NCBI RefSeq assembly: GCF_006345805.1
Contig: NC_043001.1
Coordinates: 99,076,001-99,140,000 of the forward strand
Reading direction: 5' to 3'
Origin: Octopus sinensis
Taxonomy: Eukaryota
Length of the DNA: 64,000 nucleotides
A model generated the notes under the pieces. The model searched no databases. It was not told the DNA's origin and was given only the letters and a program-made list of their open reading frames with translations. The number at the start of each line of letters is the position of its first letter. Position 1 is the first letter of the stretch. Shown in pieces: positions 39,399 to 51,492 of the stretch. The position numbers and the translations under genes were made by a program.

Positions 39399-39468
39399 AT
39401 ATATATATATATATATTTTTTTTCATCTAGTTTCAGCTCATGAGCTGTGGCCATGCTGGGGCACCGCG

Positions 39469-39508
<40 letters not shown>

Positions 39509-39610
39509 TCAAAATGAGGGTGAAAAAATTGGATATTAATTTAATAACATCAATTTAGCACCAGTGGTTTAGCGCATAAAAAACTGAGATTCAGTAAATA
39601 TTATTAATAC

Positions 39611-39864
39611 ACAAATATGAGAGAGAATCCACTATGTGGATGCCCTTATGCTAAATGAATTGTGTAAGTAAAATTGCATAATTTATTAACAGTGAAACAA
39701 TTGTATGGGGTTAATCTATATTTTTGTTATTTTTCATTTGTCCTGCTTGCTTACGTTCATAGTGTGCTAAATTTTTCTTGAGAACAATTTTTAGTGGTTG
39801 AGACTCATGCGGATCTCTCTTTAGCGTAAGGGCGTCCACATAGTGGATTCTCTCTCATATTTGT
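39611..39864. repeat. Inverted repeat with 45-bp arms
   Basis: 39611-39655 versus 39820-39864, differing by 2 transitions. Confidence 0.9.
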
Positions 39865-40067
39865 AAACCATAATTCCGCCCCAAGGTTGGTTCCAGGTGT
39901 GGTCTATGTATAAAAGAAAAACACAGGTGGGGCTTTCAATTTACTGTACCTGTTCAGGTAGCATTTTATTGATGCATTCTGAGAGTAGATTATAGCATAA
40001 ATCCGCCATCTGTTTATATGTGTTCAAAATTTTGGACACTTATAAACACTTATAAATAGGCGCAGGA

Positions 40068-40400
40068 GTGGCATAGGCACAGGAGTGGCTGTGTGGTAAG
40101 TAGCTTGTGGTAAGTGTTTTCTGCTATAGCCCCGGGCCGACCAATGCCTTGTGAGTGGATTTGGTAGACGGAAACTGAAAGAAGCCTGTCGTATATATAT
40201 GTATATATATGTGTGTGTATGTTTGTGTGTCTGTGTTTGTCCCCCTAGCATTGCTTGACAACAGTTCGGCCAAAAAGAGACCGATAGAATAAGTACTGGG
40301 CTTACAAAGAATAAGTCCCAGGGTCGATTTGCTCAACTAAAGGCGGTGCTCCAGCATGGCCACAGTCAAATGACTGAAACAAGTAAAAGAGTAAAAGAGA
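40068..40400 (+). mobile_element. SINE family A (young copy with duplicated 5' end and internal deletions)
   Basis: GGCGCAGGAGTGGC is duplicated, the CpGs are retained, and the tail reads GTAAAAGAGTAAAAGAG. Confidence 0.88.
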
Positions 40401-40722
40401 GGGAAGCTGAAACCTGAAGATGATCTATACACTAACTAACATGATGAACAAGTATTTTTTTTTACACACACACACAAACTCTCTCTCTCTTTCTCTCTTA
40501 TCTCAATGCATTTTTTATCTAATGGTTTACTGGAAGAATTTGTAATTTCAACCTGGAACATCATAATTTTAGCATGTTTGTTTCTGGATAGACAAAAAAA
40601 AACAAATATACAAAACAAAAACTGAAATGAAAACATTAAAGATAACAAAACAAGCTATAACTTGACACTGCCAAACTGTTGTAGTTGACCTTCTAACACA
40701 ACCAAATATGTATCTGAGTATG

Positions 40723-40756
<34 letters not shown>

Positions 40757-41470
40757 CACATAACAGCATAACCGAATTACAGACATATAACTATATATCT
40801 AATAAATATGCAGCATATGATTATGCACACACAACTCAAATATCCAGACAAACAAACATTCACAGTCAAATGTACTTACACATATTAACAACATTGACTA
40901 TCACTGGAACTTAGACTTTATGCCAGAACAGCATAATCTTATCTACATCGCACCAGGAAGGAATTACTATATCAGAAGTTTTTTTTATCTTAGTGTTGTT
41001 TAATGAAAGAAACAAATTTATGTAAAACATTAAAACATTTTATTTAGATTTTGTTTTCCTAAGATTTCAGATCTCAATTGAGCAAGCTAATGTTTTTAAT
41101 TTAAATTTTAACTCTTTTCTTTTCATCAATTTAGTTAGTTACAATTCATATATAACTTGTATTTAAATAAAAGGTATTTCTATACATACATGTGTATGCA
41201 TATGCTTGAACCTCAGAAACAAGGAACATGTAGCAACGGTAGGGAAGAATTCTATGTTATCACATCACTTTGGCATGAAACACTTGTCTCTTGAGTCACT
41301 GATGTAGTTTCATAGCTATAAATAATATATATATTATGTTTTGATGACTTCTAGCTTCTATGCTAGTGTAGGTTGGATGGATGGTTTGACATTGTTTTAT
41401 ATATATATATATAGCTTCTGCACGCATTTTTTTTCTCTCCTTGTTTCTTTCCGTGTTTCTTTTCTGTGTA

Positions 41471-41508
41471 TCTTTCTGTTGAAGAGCATAGGCTTGAAAC
41501 ATAAAAGA
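41471..41508 (+). ncRNA. Degenerate minimal hammerhead-like motif in a probable PLE pseudo-LTR fragment (about 41425-41606)
   Basis: UCUUU-CUGUUGA-AGAGC(AUAG)GCUU-GAAA-CA-UA-AAAGA. Stems I and II form, but A6 is replaced by U. Confidence 0.5.
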
Positions 41509-41605
41509 CTTGTTTTATTTATATTCCTGAGCGCCATACTAATACAATTGTTTGTTTGTATTCCACCTGCCTTCGTCTTTTGTTTATTTTCATAAAGCTT
41601 CCCGT

Positions 41606-41648
<43 letters not shown>

Positions 41649-41718
41649 ATCCAAACATGAAAGCACAAAAAAACACAACAACGTGAGGACGTGGAACAAT
41701 TATAGTATTATTTAATAC

Positions 41719-41750
41719 TAACGTTTCGAGTGGAGCTCTTCGTCGGAAAC
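41719..41750 (-). ncRNA. Truncated minimal hammerhead-like motif in a probable PLE pseudo-LTR fragment (about 41645-41790)
   Basis: Minus strand reads GUUU-CCGACGA-AGAG(CUCCA)CUC-GAAA-CG-UU-A. The 3' arm of stem I is lost. The same family occurs in the opposite orientation at 60922-61024. Confidence 0.5.
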
Positions 41751-41802
41751 ATAAGAGAAGGAAAGATCCAGAGAAGGGAAGACAGAGGATATATATATAT
41801 AT

Positions 41803-42150
41803 AGTGGTTGTCTACTCTTTATGCAGAGTTTGATACCCTCTTGTACTTAAACTTTAGATCCATCATGGCATCTAATGTGGCTTTTTAAACCAGACAATGT
41901 ATTGAAAAGACACCCACATAGATTGCATATCTGATTTGGACCACCAAGAGCTGCAGTTAAGTTCAAATCTTTGTGAATCTTAAAATGTCTTTTGAGACGT
42001 CCATTAGATTTGCAGACCTTATGACATACACAGCATTGAAAGGTGTGCACAGATATATATAGGTAGAGTAGTTTGTGAAGGTTGGTTTTTCATAGGTTGA
42101 CAAATGAGATTTTAGCCTGACAAAAGAAGGGCATGGTCTGTCATATATAC
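41803..42150 (-). mobile_element. 3' end of a LINE (probably RTE-type) with three C-terminal C2H2-like fingers
   Basis: CIYDRPCPSFVRLKSHLST, CCVCHKVCKSNGRLKRHFKIH and CNLCGCLFNTLSGLKSHIRCH, then a stop, a short UTR and a (TA)n end. There are no TGEKP linkers. Confidence 0.6.
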
Positions 42151-42402
42151 ATGTATATATATGTGTTTGTGTGTGTTTTAATAACACCTATGAGGTGCTT
42201 TTTTCATTCACTAAAGTGAATGGAGCCTTGGGTAAGAGGAAGTGATGTCATCAGACAGTATCCAACATTCATCGGGTGTTTCGACCCTGAACCCCCTCCC
42301 GTTGATGGGTCAGCAGAGATGGCCAAGTCACTGTTCCTTCTGGCTTCCCACTTAACTCCACTCACTTGCTCTCTCTCTCTCTCTCTCTTATATATATATA
42401 TA

Positions 42403-42433
<31 letters not shown>

Positions 42434-43777
42434 ATGTATGTATGTATGTATGTATATATAAAATATGAACACAAATGGGTTGAAGGTTCACTACAGTTGT
42501 TTCAGACACATTTTATATTGATGAATCATTTGATTACATCATAAAAAAACCCATTGTATTTGCATATATTATATACATGTATGTGCTGAACTCGACCCTT
42601 TCCTAGTGTCCTGAATGTTAAAGCACTTTGATTGAGATGAATCCTACAATGAATTATATATAGTACTTCAGACAAACTTCTCCCCAGTGAACCATCTTTC
42701 TAACACTTCTTTCATCCCTCCACCCAGGTTCACCACTTGTGTATTCTCCTCCACTCTACCTCCCACTCTCCCTTCACACCTTCACACAATGTATCACTGT
42801 TGAATCTCTTCCCCACAACATATCCCCCTAACACCCAATCCCTGTATTTGCATCAACTCATTACATTTCCTCTTATCCTCTCCCTCCCTCTTTTGTAATC
42901 TTGTGAACTTAACCACCAACTCACCCTATCCAATCCTTAGTTCCACTCCTATACCCTCCCTGTCACATCTTTACAGCCTTCTCTCTCTCTCTCTCTCTCC
43001 AACTGAAATAGTCATGTATCTCATTTACTGCAAGATACCTATTTCTGACCTTCTATTCGTACATGAAAGTCATCTCTCTCAATACTACTCCCCGCTCTCT
43101 TGAGGTGGGGTCTTGTCTTGCAAGTTACTTAGTGATTTCACTGCTGTTGGCTCCACATTAAAGACATCCAGGGAATTCTTTAAAGTGAATAGCATTAGGA
43201 AGGTCATCTAGCCATAGAAACCATACCAAAGCAGACAGTAGAGCTTGTGCAATCTACTGATTTGCCAGCTCCTGACAAACCATCCAATTCATACTATCAT
43301 GGAAGAAAGATATTAAATGATGAGAAGTCAAAATATTCACAAGAAGTGCCCATAAACCTCACAGAACCTTCTGATTGGTGTAAATTGATAAATATCCCTT
43401 AGCTAAACATTTGATACAATCAAAACACTAATGCAGTTTTTGCTTGAAGAAATGGAAATGAACACATGCAATAATAGCTCCCCTTAAAATCCATGGATAT
43501 TGCAAATCATATTTGTAATGTCCTATGAAAGGGGAATGCAGTCACACCAAAAAAAAATGTGCTTTGTGGAAACATGTAACAATGCATAAAAGGATTTAGG
43601 AATTTCCATCCAAAAGTTCTTGTTATTACTATATTTATAGTGGCAGCAGACAAATAGCCATCCCATAAAATTACTCAGGAAGATGGGAATAATAAGTGAT
43701 AGCTGGAAAAAATACGTAGGAGCTTCTTATGAGTGCACTCAAAAATGTTCCACATAATAAACAAACTTAAAGGATAT

Positions 43778-43822
<45 letters not shown>

Positions 43823-43827
<5 letters not shown>

Positions 43828-44168
43828 GTGATGGGTAAATTGTTGTCATTTTATATTTTTTTAATTTCACACATACTCATTGTTTGTTTTTGATTTTGTC
43901 AACTACACAGTATAGTAGAGGCAGTTGGGCACCATGGTGCAATTCACTCTGCCAGAAACTTGGAAACAACATGCTGTACTGCTTGGCATTCACGCTGGAA
44001 GTTTCAATGTGAACATTTCAGCATGTTTGGGTGTCAATCTGAGGACAGTACAAAGGATTCAAAAAGAGTTGGATGGGTCAAATGGTGATTATGAAGGCAC
44101 AGCAGCTTGGAAAGCTCACTCTGATTGTTCTGATGAGAAACGAATTACTGAATTTGTTGATGAGATGA
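43823..44168 (+). mobile_element. 5' fragment of a Tc1/mariner-superfamily element
   Basis: Begins at (TA)n. Encodes an HTH-like N-terminus MVQFTLPETWKQHAVLLGIHAG..NISACLGVNLRTVQRIQKEL. Confidence 0.55.
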
Positions 44169-44185
44169 GTATAGTGATGAATACA

Positions 44186-44242
44186 GGGTACAAGTAGGGG
44201 TTTCTTCAAGGATCAGTCCTCAGTCCCCTCCTGTTCATCTTA
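44186..44242 (+). mobile_element. LINE reverse transcriptase fragment
   Basis: VQVGV/QGSVLSPLLFI (conserved non-LTR RT motif). Confidence 0.65.
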
Positions 44243-44435
44243 GATATATTTAACAACATTATATAAAAATATCTTGAAATACTAAGAGTAAATTAATCCA
44301 ATAAAATCACCACTGAAGTCACTAATGAGTAATCTATACTGAGGGTTACATTCTTCACCAGGGAAGGTCTTTGCATTTAAGAGCAACCATGAATCCCTTT
44401 TTCTGGTGAGAATATAGTCAATCTGGTGAGAATGG

Positions 44436-44894
44436 TCACTGGAGAATGGCAGAGATGATTGTTGCTGTCCTATTCTGCAAAACTAGTCTAAGCTTACACA
44501 TCCTATCACATATTCTAACTACTTCAATTACCTTATTTACCCATTTCTCTGTTAGAAGTATACCAACACCTCCTATCCTGTCACCGTTGCCCTCCCAGAA
44601 GGATTTGTACCTACGCTTTTTTCCAGTGAGGAATCTGACTGAAGCTCCCCTCCTCCAAACTTTTTGGATGCAGCACATATCAACACATCTCCTTTCAAGC
44701 ATCTCAACAATCTCACTTGACCTACCTTTCAATGTGCCTACATTGACAGTGCCAACTCTGAGGGAATATGTGGGGATAGGAACTGTAGCAATCAGTGTCT
44801 GGAAATAAGGATTTGCCAATAGACATGACATAGCAGTAGTCTTCATATTTAATCTACCATCGTTCATGTTATACTTGCTTCCTCCACTGGACAT
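44436..44894 (-). mobile_element. RTE-type LINE 5' part with an apurinic-like endonuclease remnant
   Basis: LRVGTVNVGTLKGR..EIVEML..DMCCIQ(K)V..GGVGILL..DRMCKLRL..ATIISA. Confidence 0.85.
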
Positions 44895-45653
44895 AGGTGC
44901 TGTACCAGCATTAGTACAGCAGTTTTAATACTGATACCAATAAATGTATATAAGTTGACTTAGATTAGCTGGTTAGTTATTGTTATGTGCTGTACAAATA
45001 CAAATGTTGGTAAATTAGATAGATAAGCAGGATAAGGGTAGTTAATTTGTTATATATAGTTAGTGACTAATCAATTAAATAAATAAGCTATAAAATATTA
45101 AAACTAGGAACAGCATGGTCATGTTCAACTTCATGTTACAGCAAATGGGTGATATAATTGCAGGGAAAGTTGGAGAGGAATGAAAGGGCTGTTTTGGGGG
45201 GGGTCCCAGTACAAAAGAAAGAGATTTCCGGTATAGGTGGTGGTGGTGGTGGTGGTGGTTCAATGCATGTAAGCAAACATTGTTTAACCAGAGACAAGAG
45301 GGAATACAGGGCAAGCAAAAATTAAATTGAATAAAATTAAATTTAAATAGTATTAACAAGAAGGTTCAAGCATTAATGAAGATGTTGACAGAGGAGGATA
45401 TGAAACAAGTATGAAATTAAATTAAATTAAATTGAATGTGGTTAAATCAAATCAAGTAAAATTAAATAAGATTAGAAGAAAATTAAGTTAGATTAGAGCA
45501 TGCTAAGTTGAATTAAGTTAATAAGGATGAGGGGAGCAGCAAAGATGGGCAGATTAAATCTGAGGACAAAAACACAATTTCAACTTATCTGAGCATTTCG
45601 GCATGTCTAAACAACCAGCAAATAGATATGATAGAGGGAGATATGTGTGCGTA

Positions 45654-45695
<42 letters not shown>

Positions 45696-45835
45696 CACTG
45701 GCCAGCTCGCTTAGCCAGCAGGATGGCGTCATTTGAAGGCTAAAACAATGTGAAGCGCATTGTGACCAGCAATGTGTAGCAACATCTGATAGCCTGGTCG
45801 GTCACGCTGATCACGGTGATATATACATACACACA

Positions 45836-46943
45836 CACGGGTTAGACAAAATAATGGAAACACCTTAAAATTTCAAACAAATTTATTTTAATATGGGGTA
45901 GGACCGCCTTTGGCAGTAATTACAGCTTGAATTCTACAAGGTATGGACTCATACAAAGTTTGAATTCTTTCCAAAGGAATTTTTGTCCATTCTTCAGCTA
46001 AAACAGTTTCCAGTTCTTGTAGTGATGATGGCGGAGGATATCGACTCCTTACTTGTTTTTCTAAAATGCACCATAAATATTCAATAATATTGAGATCTGG
46101 GGACTGTGGTGATCAGATAAGATGTTCAACTTGACTAGAATGTTCCTTGTGCCATTCAGTTACAACTTTAGCTGTGTGAATTGGTGCATTATCATCCTGA
46201 AAGATTGCGTTTCTCTCCAGAAACAGTTCCACAACCATAGGATGAACTTGATCAGATAAAATGCTTTAATAGTCTTGACTATTAATTCTGCCATGAAGGG
46301 AAACCATAGGGTTGGTGGATTTCCAAGATATAGCCCACTGCTCTAGGAACCAGTTCTGTAGGTTTTTACTCCACTCTAAACCCTTGCGTTTTTGAAAGTA
46401 GTTGTTTTCTGATTGCAGGCTTTCCATGAAATCCAGCTTTGTGTAGCTCACAGCAAACAGTTTTTGTGGAAACTGGGTTCTGGAGGTGGTCATTAATCTT
46501 TGCAGTAATTTTGTAATCCTTTTCAACAATTAGCATAAGAATCCGACAGTCCCTATCTGAATGTTTTGGTTTTCTTCCGGGGTTTTGTTTTGACAAAAAA
46601 ATTTTTCTCTCTTCTTCAAAGGTTGTTATTATTTCGAGACAGTACTTCTTGATGCACCAAACATTTCGGCTGTTTCCATTATGCTAGCGAGCACCGAGTG
46701 CCATATGAGCACCAACAATTTAACCTATTTGAAAGTCCAATAGATCTGTCATTTTAATTAATTTTAATTACCTTTTTCTGATAATATCTGAAAAGAAACA
46801 GCAATTTTAGCAAAACATATTAAGTAACACTAATAATAAATTTAAAAAAAACATAAAATAAATAAGCTTTTGACAGTTTTATAGATATTTCAAAATTATG
46901 ATGCTATGATGCTAGGTGTTTCCACTATTTTGTCCAACCCCTG
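45836..46943 (-). mobile_element. Tc1-like transposon (1.1 kb, ~30-bp TIRs) with degraded DD36E transposase (46752-45888)
   Basis: TIRs CACGGGTTAGACAAAATAATGGAAACACCT / AGGTGTTTCCACTATTTTGTCCAACCCCTG. Protein fragments MTDLLDFQIG*IVGA, GRKPKHSDRD, FQDDNAPIH...SPDLNIIEYLW and AVITAKGGPTPY*. Confidence 0.9.
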
Positions 46944-47003
46944 TATATATGTATATATATATATATAGATAGATAGATAGATAGATAGATGTATATATGT
47001 ATA

Positions 47004-47834
47004 AGAAGTGGTATCAAAAGTTATGTTTTATAAAAAAATAACTTATTTTCTTAAGCTTTAACATCATCTCCTTTGAAATAGTCATCTTGTACTGCAATGC
47101 ACCGGTCCCAGCGTTCCTGCCAATTTTGGAATCTGGCCTGGAAGTCAATTTGAGGACTTTCTATGATTCACTCTGGATCTTCATAATGGTATTAAAACAG
47201 TGTCCTTTGAGCTGCATTTTCACCTTAGGGAAGAGATGGAAGTCCACAGGTGCTAACTCTGGCAAATAGGGTGAGTGCAGAAGCAATAACATGTTTTTGG
47301 TGAGAACCTCACGAGTGGGGAGAGCTCAGTGAAGAATTCAATTCTTTCTGCTTCACAGACCTGGCTGCTTTCGCCAAATGTCCTACCCCAGATGCTTCAA
47401 AATATCACAGTAGAACTCTAGACTGATGGTCCAGCTCTGGGGGATGAATTATTGATGCACAATACCCCATTTCCAAGTGTGATGCTTTTGGCAGGTCTTT
47501 CAGATCACTCATTGTCTTCCAGGGACATTCTTTTACTTTTGAAGAGCCTATGCCATTTGAAACATTGTGTAAAGCCCATTGCCATAAGCTTACTAACACA
47601 AAATTTCATGTTGGCTCTTTGTTCCAACTTTCTGTCCATGACAAAATTGCAGACTACAACATACAGGTAATCACAAAAACACAAATTTCACAACTTGCTG
47701 AGTAAACATATTGATGTTACCCAGCACACTGCCTCAGGAATGTCACTGCTAGCTCTTACTGTATGTACAACTACATACTGCTGTCTGTTGGTAAGCTACA
47801 GAACTAGTCTGGGAACTTTTTTTATACCATCTCA
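47004..47834 (-). mobile_element. Internally deleted mariner element
   Basis: Degenerate TIRs (GTGGTATCAAAAGTT / AACTTTTTTTATACCA) with TA flanks. Minus-strand C-terminus FQNWQERWDRCIAVQDDYFKGD. Confidence 0.75.
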
Positions 47835-48347
47835 TATATATGTATACATGACTTAAGCCTAATTGTGTTTATCTGCATCACTACTTTCATATCAGCTTGT
47901 TTTGGATTTCTCTTGTAACCACCCTTGACACTGTGGACCTAGTCCTGGATACAGAATTCGGAGTTTAAATTCAAATTCATTTGAGCACTACAACATGTTT
48001 TCTATACTGAGCATATCTGGCTCTCATCTATCACCTGTGTGTGTGTGTTTATGCATACATACAATAACATGCAATAAAATATGTTATTCATTTGCTTCAA
48101 TGTTATATGGAAGTCAATGGGAAATAAATTTTGTGTTATAAGATTCCATTTAATGGCAGGATTTTCAAGAATGCAAGGCTTCCGTAATTTGGGAGATGTC
48201 TACACATAAATGAGATATTTAGTATCAGTATTTAGTTATGCAAATCTTGATAAATTCTCTTGAACAATGAGCAATATGTGTTTATGTATACATGCATACA
48301 CACACTTATATACATTATGTGTACATATATGTGTGTGAGTATGTATG

Positions 48348-48391
<44 letters not shown>

Positions 48392-48522
48392 TTCATATAT
48401 ATGTTCATGCATATCCGTGTGAGTGTGCATATGTCTGTGTGTGTAAATATATATATATATATGAAGAGAGAGAAAGGGTGAGAGTGTGATGACGATGACC
48501 ATATTTATTCTATCTTATCTCT

Positions 48523-48559
<37 letters not shown>

Positions 48560-49132
48560 AGTGTGTCTGTCTCCATGACATTTAGGTACCCTGACTCAGT
48601 ATTTAATGACTGTTTTTATAGTTATCATTTAGTCTACCTTCTAATATTTCAACCAGCATTCTGCTTTAGCCACACCAACCTTGCTCCACCCTCTGTTATA
48701 TTTTCACATGAATATATCCAACTAAGGCTCAGTTTCAGGTGTTCTGCATTACAGCATAACAAGGCTTCCAATTCTTCTGAAACAATGCCAGGTGATAGAT
48801 AAGTGTACTCTTCTATTAGCTTCCTTCCCATTTGGAAGCTTCTACATGGTTGCTCAACTTGGAAGAAATAGCAACCAAATCTCTCTCAAACTCTCAAATA
48901 CCATCTTAAAACTAGTTAACTGTACAATCCGACTAACTTTGCCTGACAATCAATGGTGGTGTGTTTACATCCCCGCAACTTAGTGGCTCGGTAAAAGAGA
49001 CTGATAGAATAAGTACTAGGCTTACAAAGAGTAAATCCTGGTGTCGATTTGCTTGAGTAAAGGCAGTGCTCCAGCATGGCCACAGCCAAGTGACTGAAAC
49101 AAGTAAAAGAGTAGATATATGTATGTTATGCA

Positions 49133-49165
<33 letters not shown>

Positions 49166-49197
49166 GCTATACAATATAATACACACACACACACATA

Positions 49198-49562
49198 TCA
49201 TCATCATCATCATCATCATTTAGCGTCCGTTTTCCATGCTAGCATGGGTTGGACGGTTCAACTGGGGTCTGGGGAACCCGAAGGCTGCACCAGGCCAGTC
49301 AGATCTGGCAGTGTTTCTACAGCTGGATGCCCTTCCTAACGCCAACCACTCCGAGAGTGTAGTGGGTGATTTTATGTGCCACCGACACAGGTGCCAGACG
49401 GGGCTGGCGAACGGCCACGCTCGGATGGTGTTTTTATGTGCCACCGACACAGGTGCCAGACGAGGCTGGCAGACGGCCACGCTCGGATGGTGTTTTTATG
49501 TGCCACCGACACAGGTGCCAGATGAGGCTGGCGGACGGCCACGATCGGATGGTGTTTGTTAC
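49198..49562 (-). mobile_element. RTE 3'-tail fragment with three ~61-bp tandem modules
   Basis: (CAT)n tail; TTTTATGTGCCACCGACACAGGTGCCAGA repeated three times in 49370-49560. Confidence 0.88.
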
Positions 49563-49579
49563 GTCATTCATATAATATA

Positions 49580-49612
<33 letters not shown>

Positions 49613-50281
49613 GACACACACAAACATATATAATATAATACATACACACATATATAATATTTATATATGTGTGTGTGCCTCAGCGGTGGTGCCCCAGCAT
49701 GGCTGCGGCCTTCGGGCTAAAACATTTTTAAGGATTTAAGGATATACACATACATAGAGAGAGAGAGAGAGAGAGAGATTAGAATTTTTGTACTTATTAA
49801 CTTTATTACTATATTGCTCTATTACTAGCACAGACCCCCCCCCCCCGTGACTGTTTGCTCTGTTACTGATAACAGTGATAATAAGGATGGTGCTGATACA
49901 GATAAGGGTTAGGATTATGATTTATAGTTGAACCTTTGTTATTGTTCTTATTGTTGCATACCTCTGGTTCAGTTGTAGTTGCACAGAATTGTTCTTGTTG
50001 GTGCCCCTCTGGAAGTAATGAGCCCATTTCTGTATGTCAAAGACCAATCTGTTGAATAAAGTCTGTCACTTTCACCAGTAAGCTGTGCCATATTGAGTGG
50101 GGCTTCATAGCTTGTGAGACTATGGTTCCAATGGAAAGCCAAGACCTATCAGAGGTTAACAATTCAGATGTCACCTCTAGAATGCACAGAGTTGAAACAA
50201 ATAACATATCTTGGTTGACATGCTAGCAAGTTCTGCCTATCTACTACTTTGAATTGATAGTTTATCTGTCAGGCATTACTA

Positions 50282-50652
50282 AAATATGTCCCCCACCCAA
50301 CTGTTTCCCTCATAACTTTCAGGAAAATGGATATTTTTTAATGAAATTTTCTACAAGTACACTTCATCTGTGTAGATTTTTATGATTAAATCAGAATTTA
50401 ATGTGGGAGTAAAAATGGGGGTTGAAGTGCATATATTTTAACTCCTCAATTTTGTTTCCTCCTATGTTTTAATGATGTAGATTACAATTATGTTGAAATA
50501 AAAATACTTCTTAGGACTATTCATCTTATTTTATTTTTAAAAAATATTCATTTTAGAAATTTCAGAAGGTAAAGTGTGAAATAGTTTCATTTAAAAATAT
50601 CCATCTTTCAGAAAGTTACAAGGAAACATAGTAACAGTGATGGGACATACTT
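50282..50652. mobile_element. MITE with ~70-bp degenerate TIRs (superfamily uncertain)
   Basis: TATGTCCC..TGTTTCC..TAACTTTC..GGATATTTTT.AATGAAA is mirrored at 50586-50650. Confidence 0.65.
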
Positions 50653-50790
50653 GTCTAGTTATATCCTCTCCTAATCCTGTAAGGTGAAGTTGATCTTGGC
50701 AGAATTTGAAGTCAGAACAAATATCACAACCTCTGATGCTAATAATTCTGCCAATTCAGCATCTTACTGTCTTTGTTGTATTCCTCTTAG

Positions 50791-51492
50791 CAGTGGTGGC
50801 TCGTAGATAAAATTAGTCGGGGTGCTGCTTCAGAAAATTTTTAGCTGTTGTTTTAATATTGTGTAAAAGGAAACAAACATATAAAAAGAAAATTTATGCA
50901 TGAACTTGATCGGTTCAGGTTTTAGCCACTACTGGGTAGTGTGTTTAATTTGTTCACTGAACACTGCCGCGAATTCCCCCTTGTTTTTCAAAAATCCCCC
51001 CTAAATTACAAAATAGGGAGGAAAATCTGCCCTATTTTTCAAATCCTAGCAGCAACACTGTAGCTGGAAGCAAGATAATAATCTAATTCTACACTTTATC
51101 ACATTCAAGAATATAAACACATTTTTAAATGCAACACACATGGAGTCAAAAAGAAACACTAGCTTTCACCAGCACACGAAGATTGGAACTGCATGAACTA
51201 CAGTGCTCTCTCTCCCTAGCATGCAGTTTTCTATCTCGGACATGTGAGCATGCACACAACAGCCAAACACTGCGTCGCTGGAACTGTGAAGCGCACAGTT
51301 CTATACAAGGATTTTTGTATATTTTTCATAAACTAGGGGATGGCTACTGACATTAAGCTTAAGGATTATATAATGTTCAAGTATAAAGGAAGAATTAAAG
51401 AAAAAAGGACTCATTATATTGAATGTTATTGATAATATCGAGTGGAAATAGGGGGTGCTGCAGTTCTGCAGTCTATACACGAGCTGCCACAG
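50791..51492. mobile_element. Non-autonomous hAT element (702 bp)
   Basis: TIRs CAGTGGTGGCTCGT / ACGAGCTGCCACAG and an 8-bp TSD CCTCTTAG / CCTCTTAA. Confidence 0.8.

Noticed and set aside
41847-42050. Host C2H2 zinc-finger gene
   Set aside because: No TGEKP linkers, frameshifted, and followed by a short UTR and microsatellite end. A LINE C-terminus fits better.
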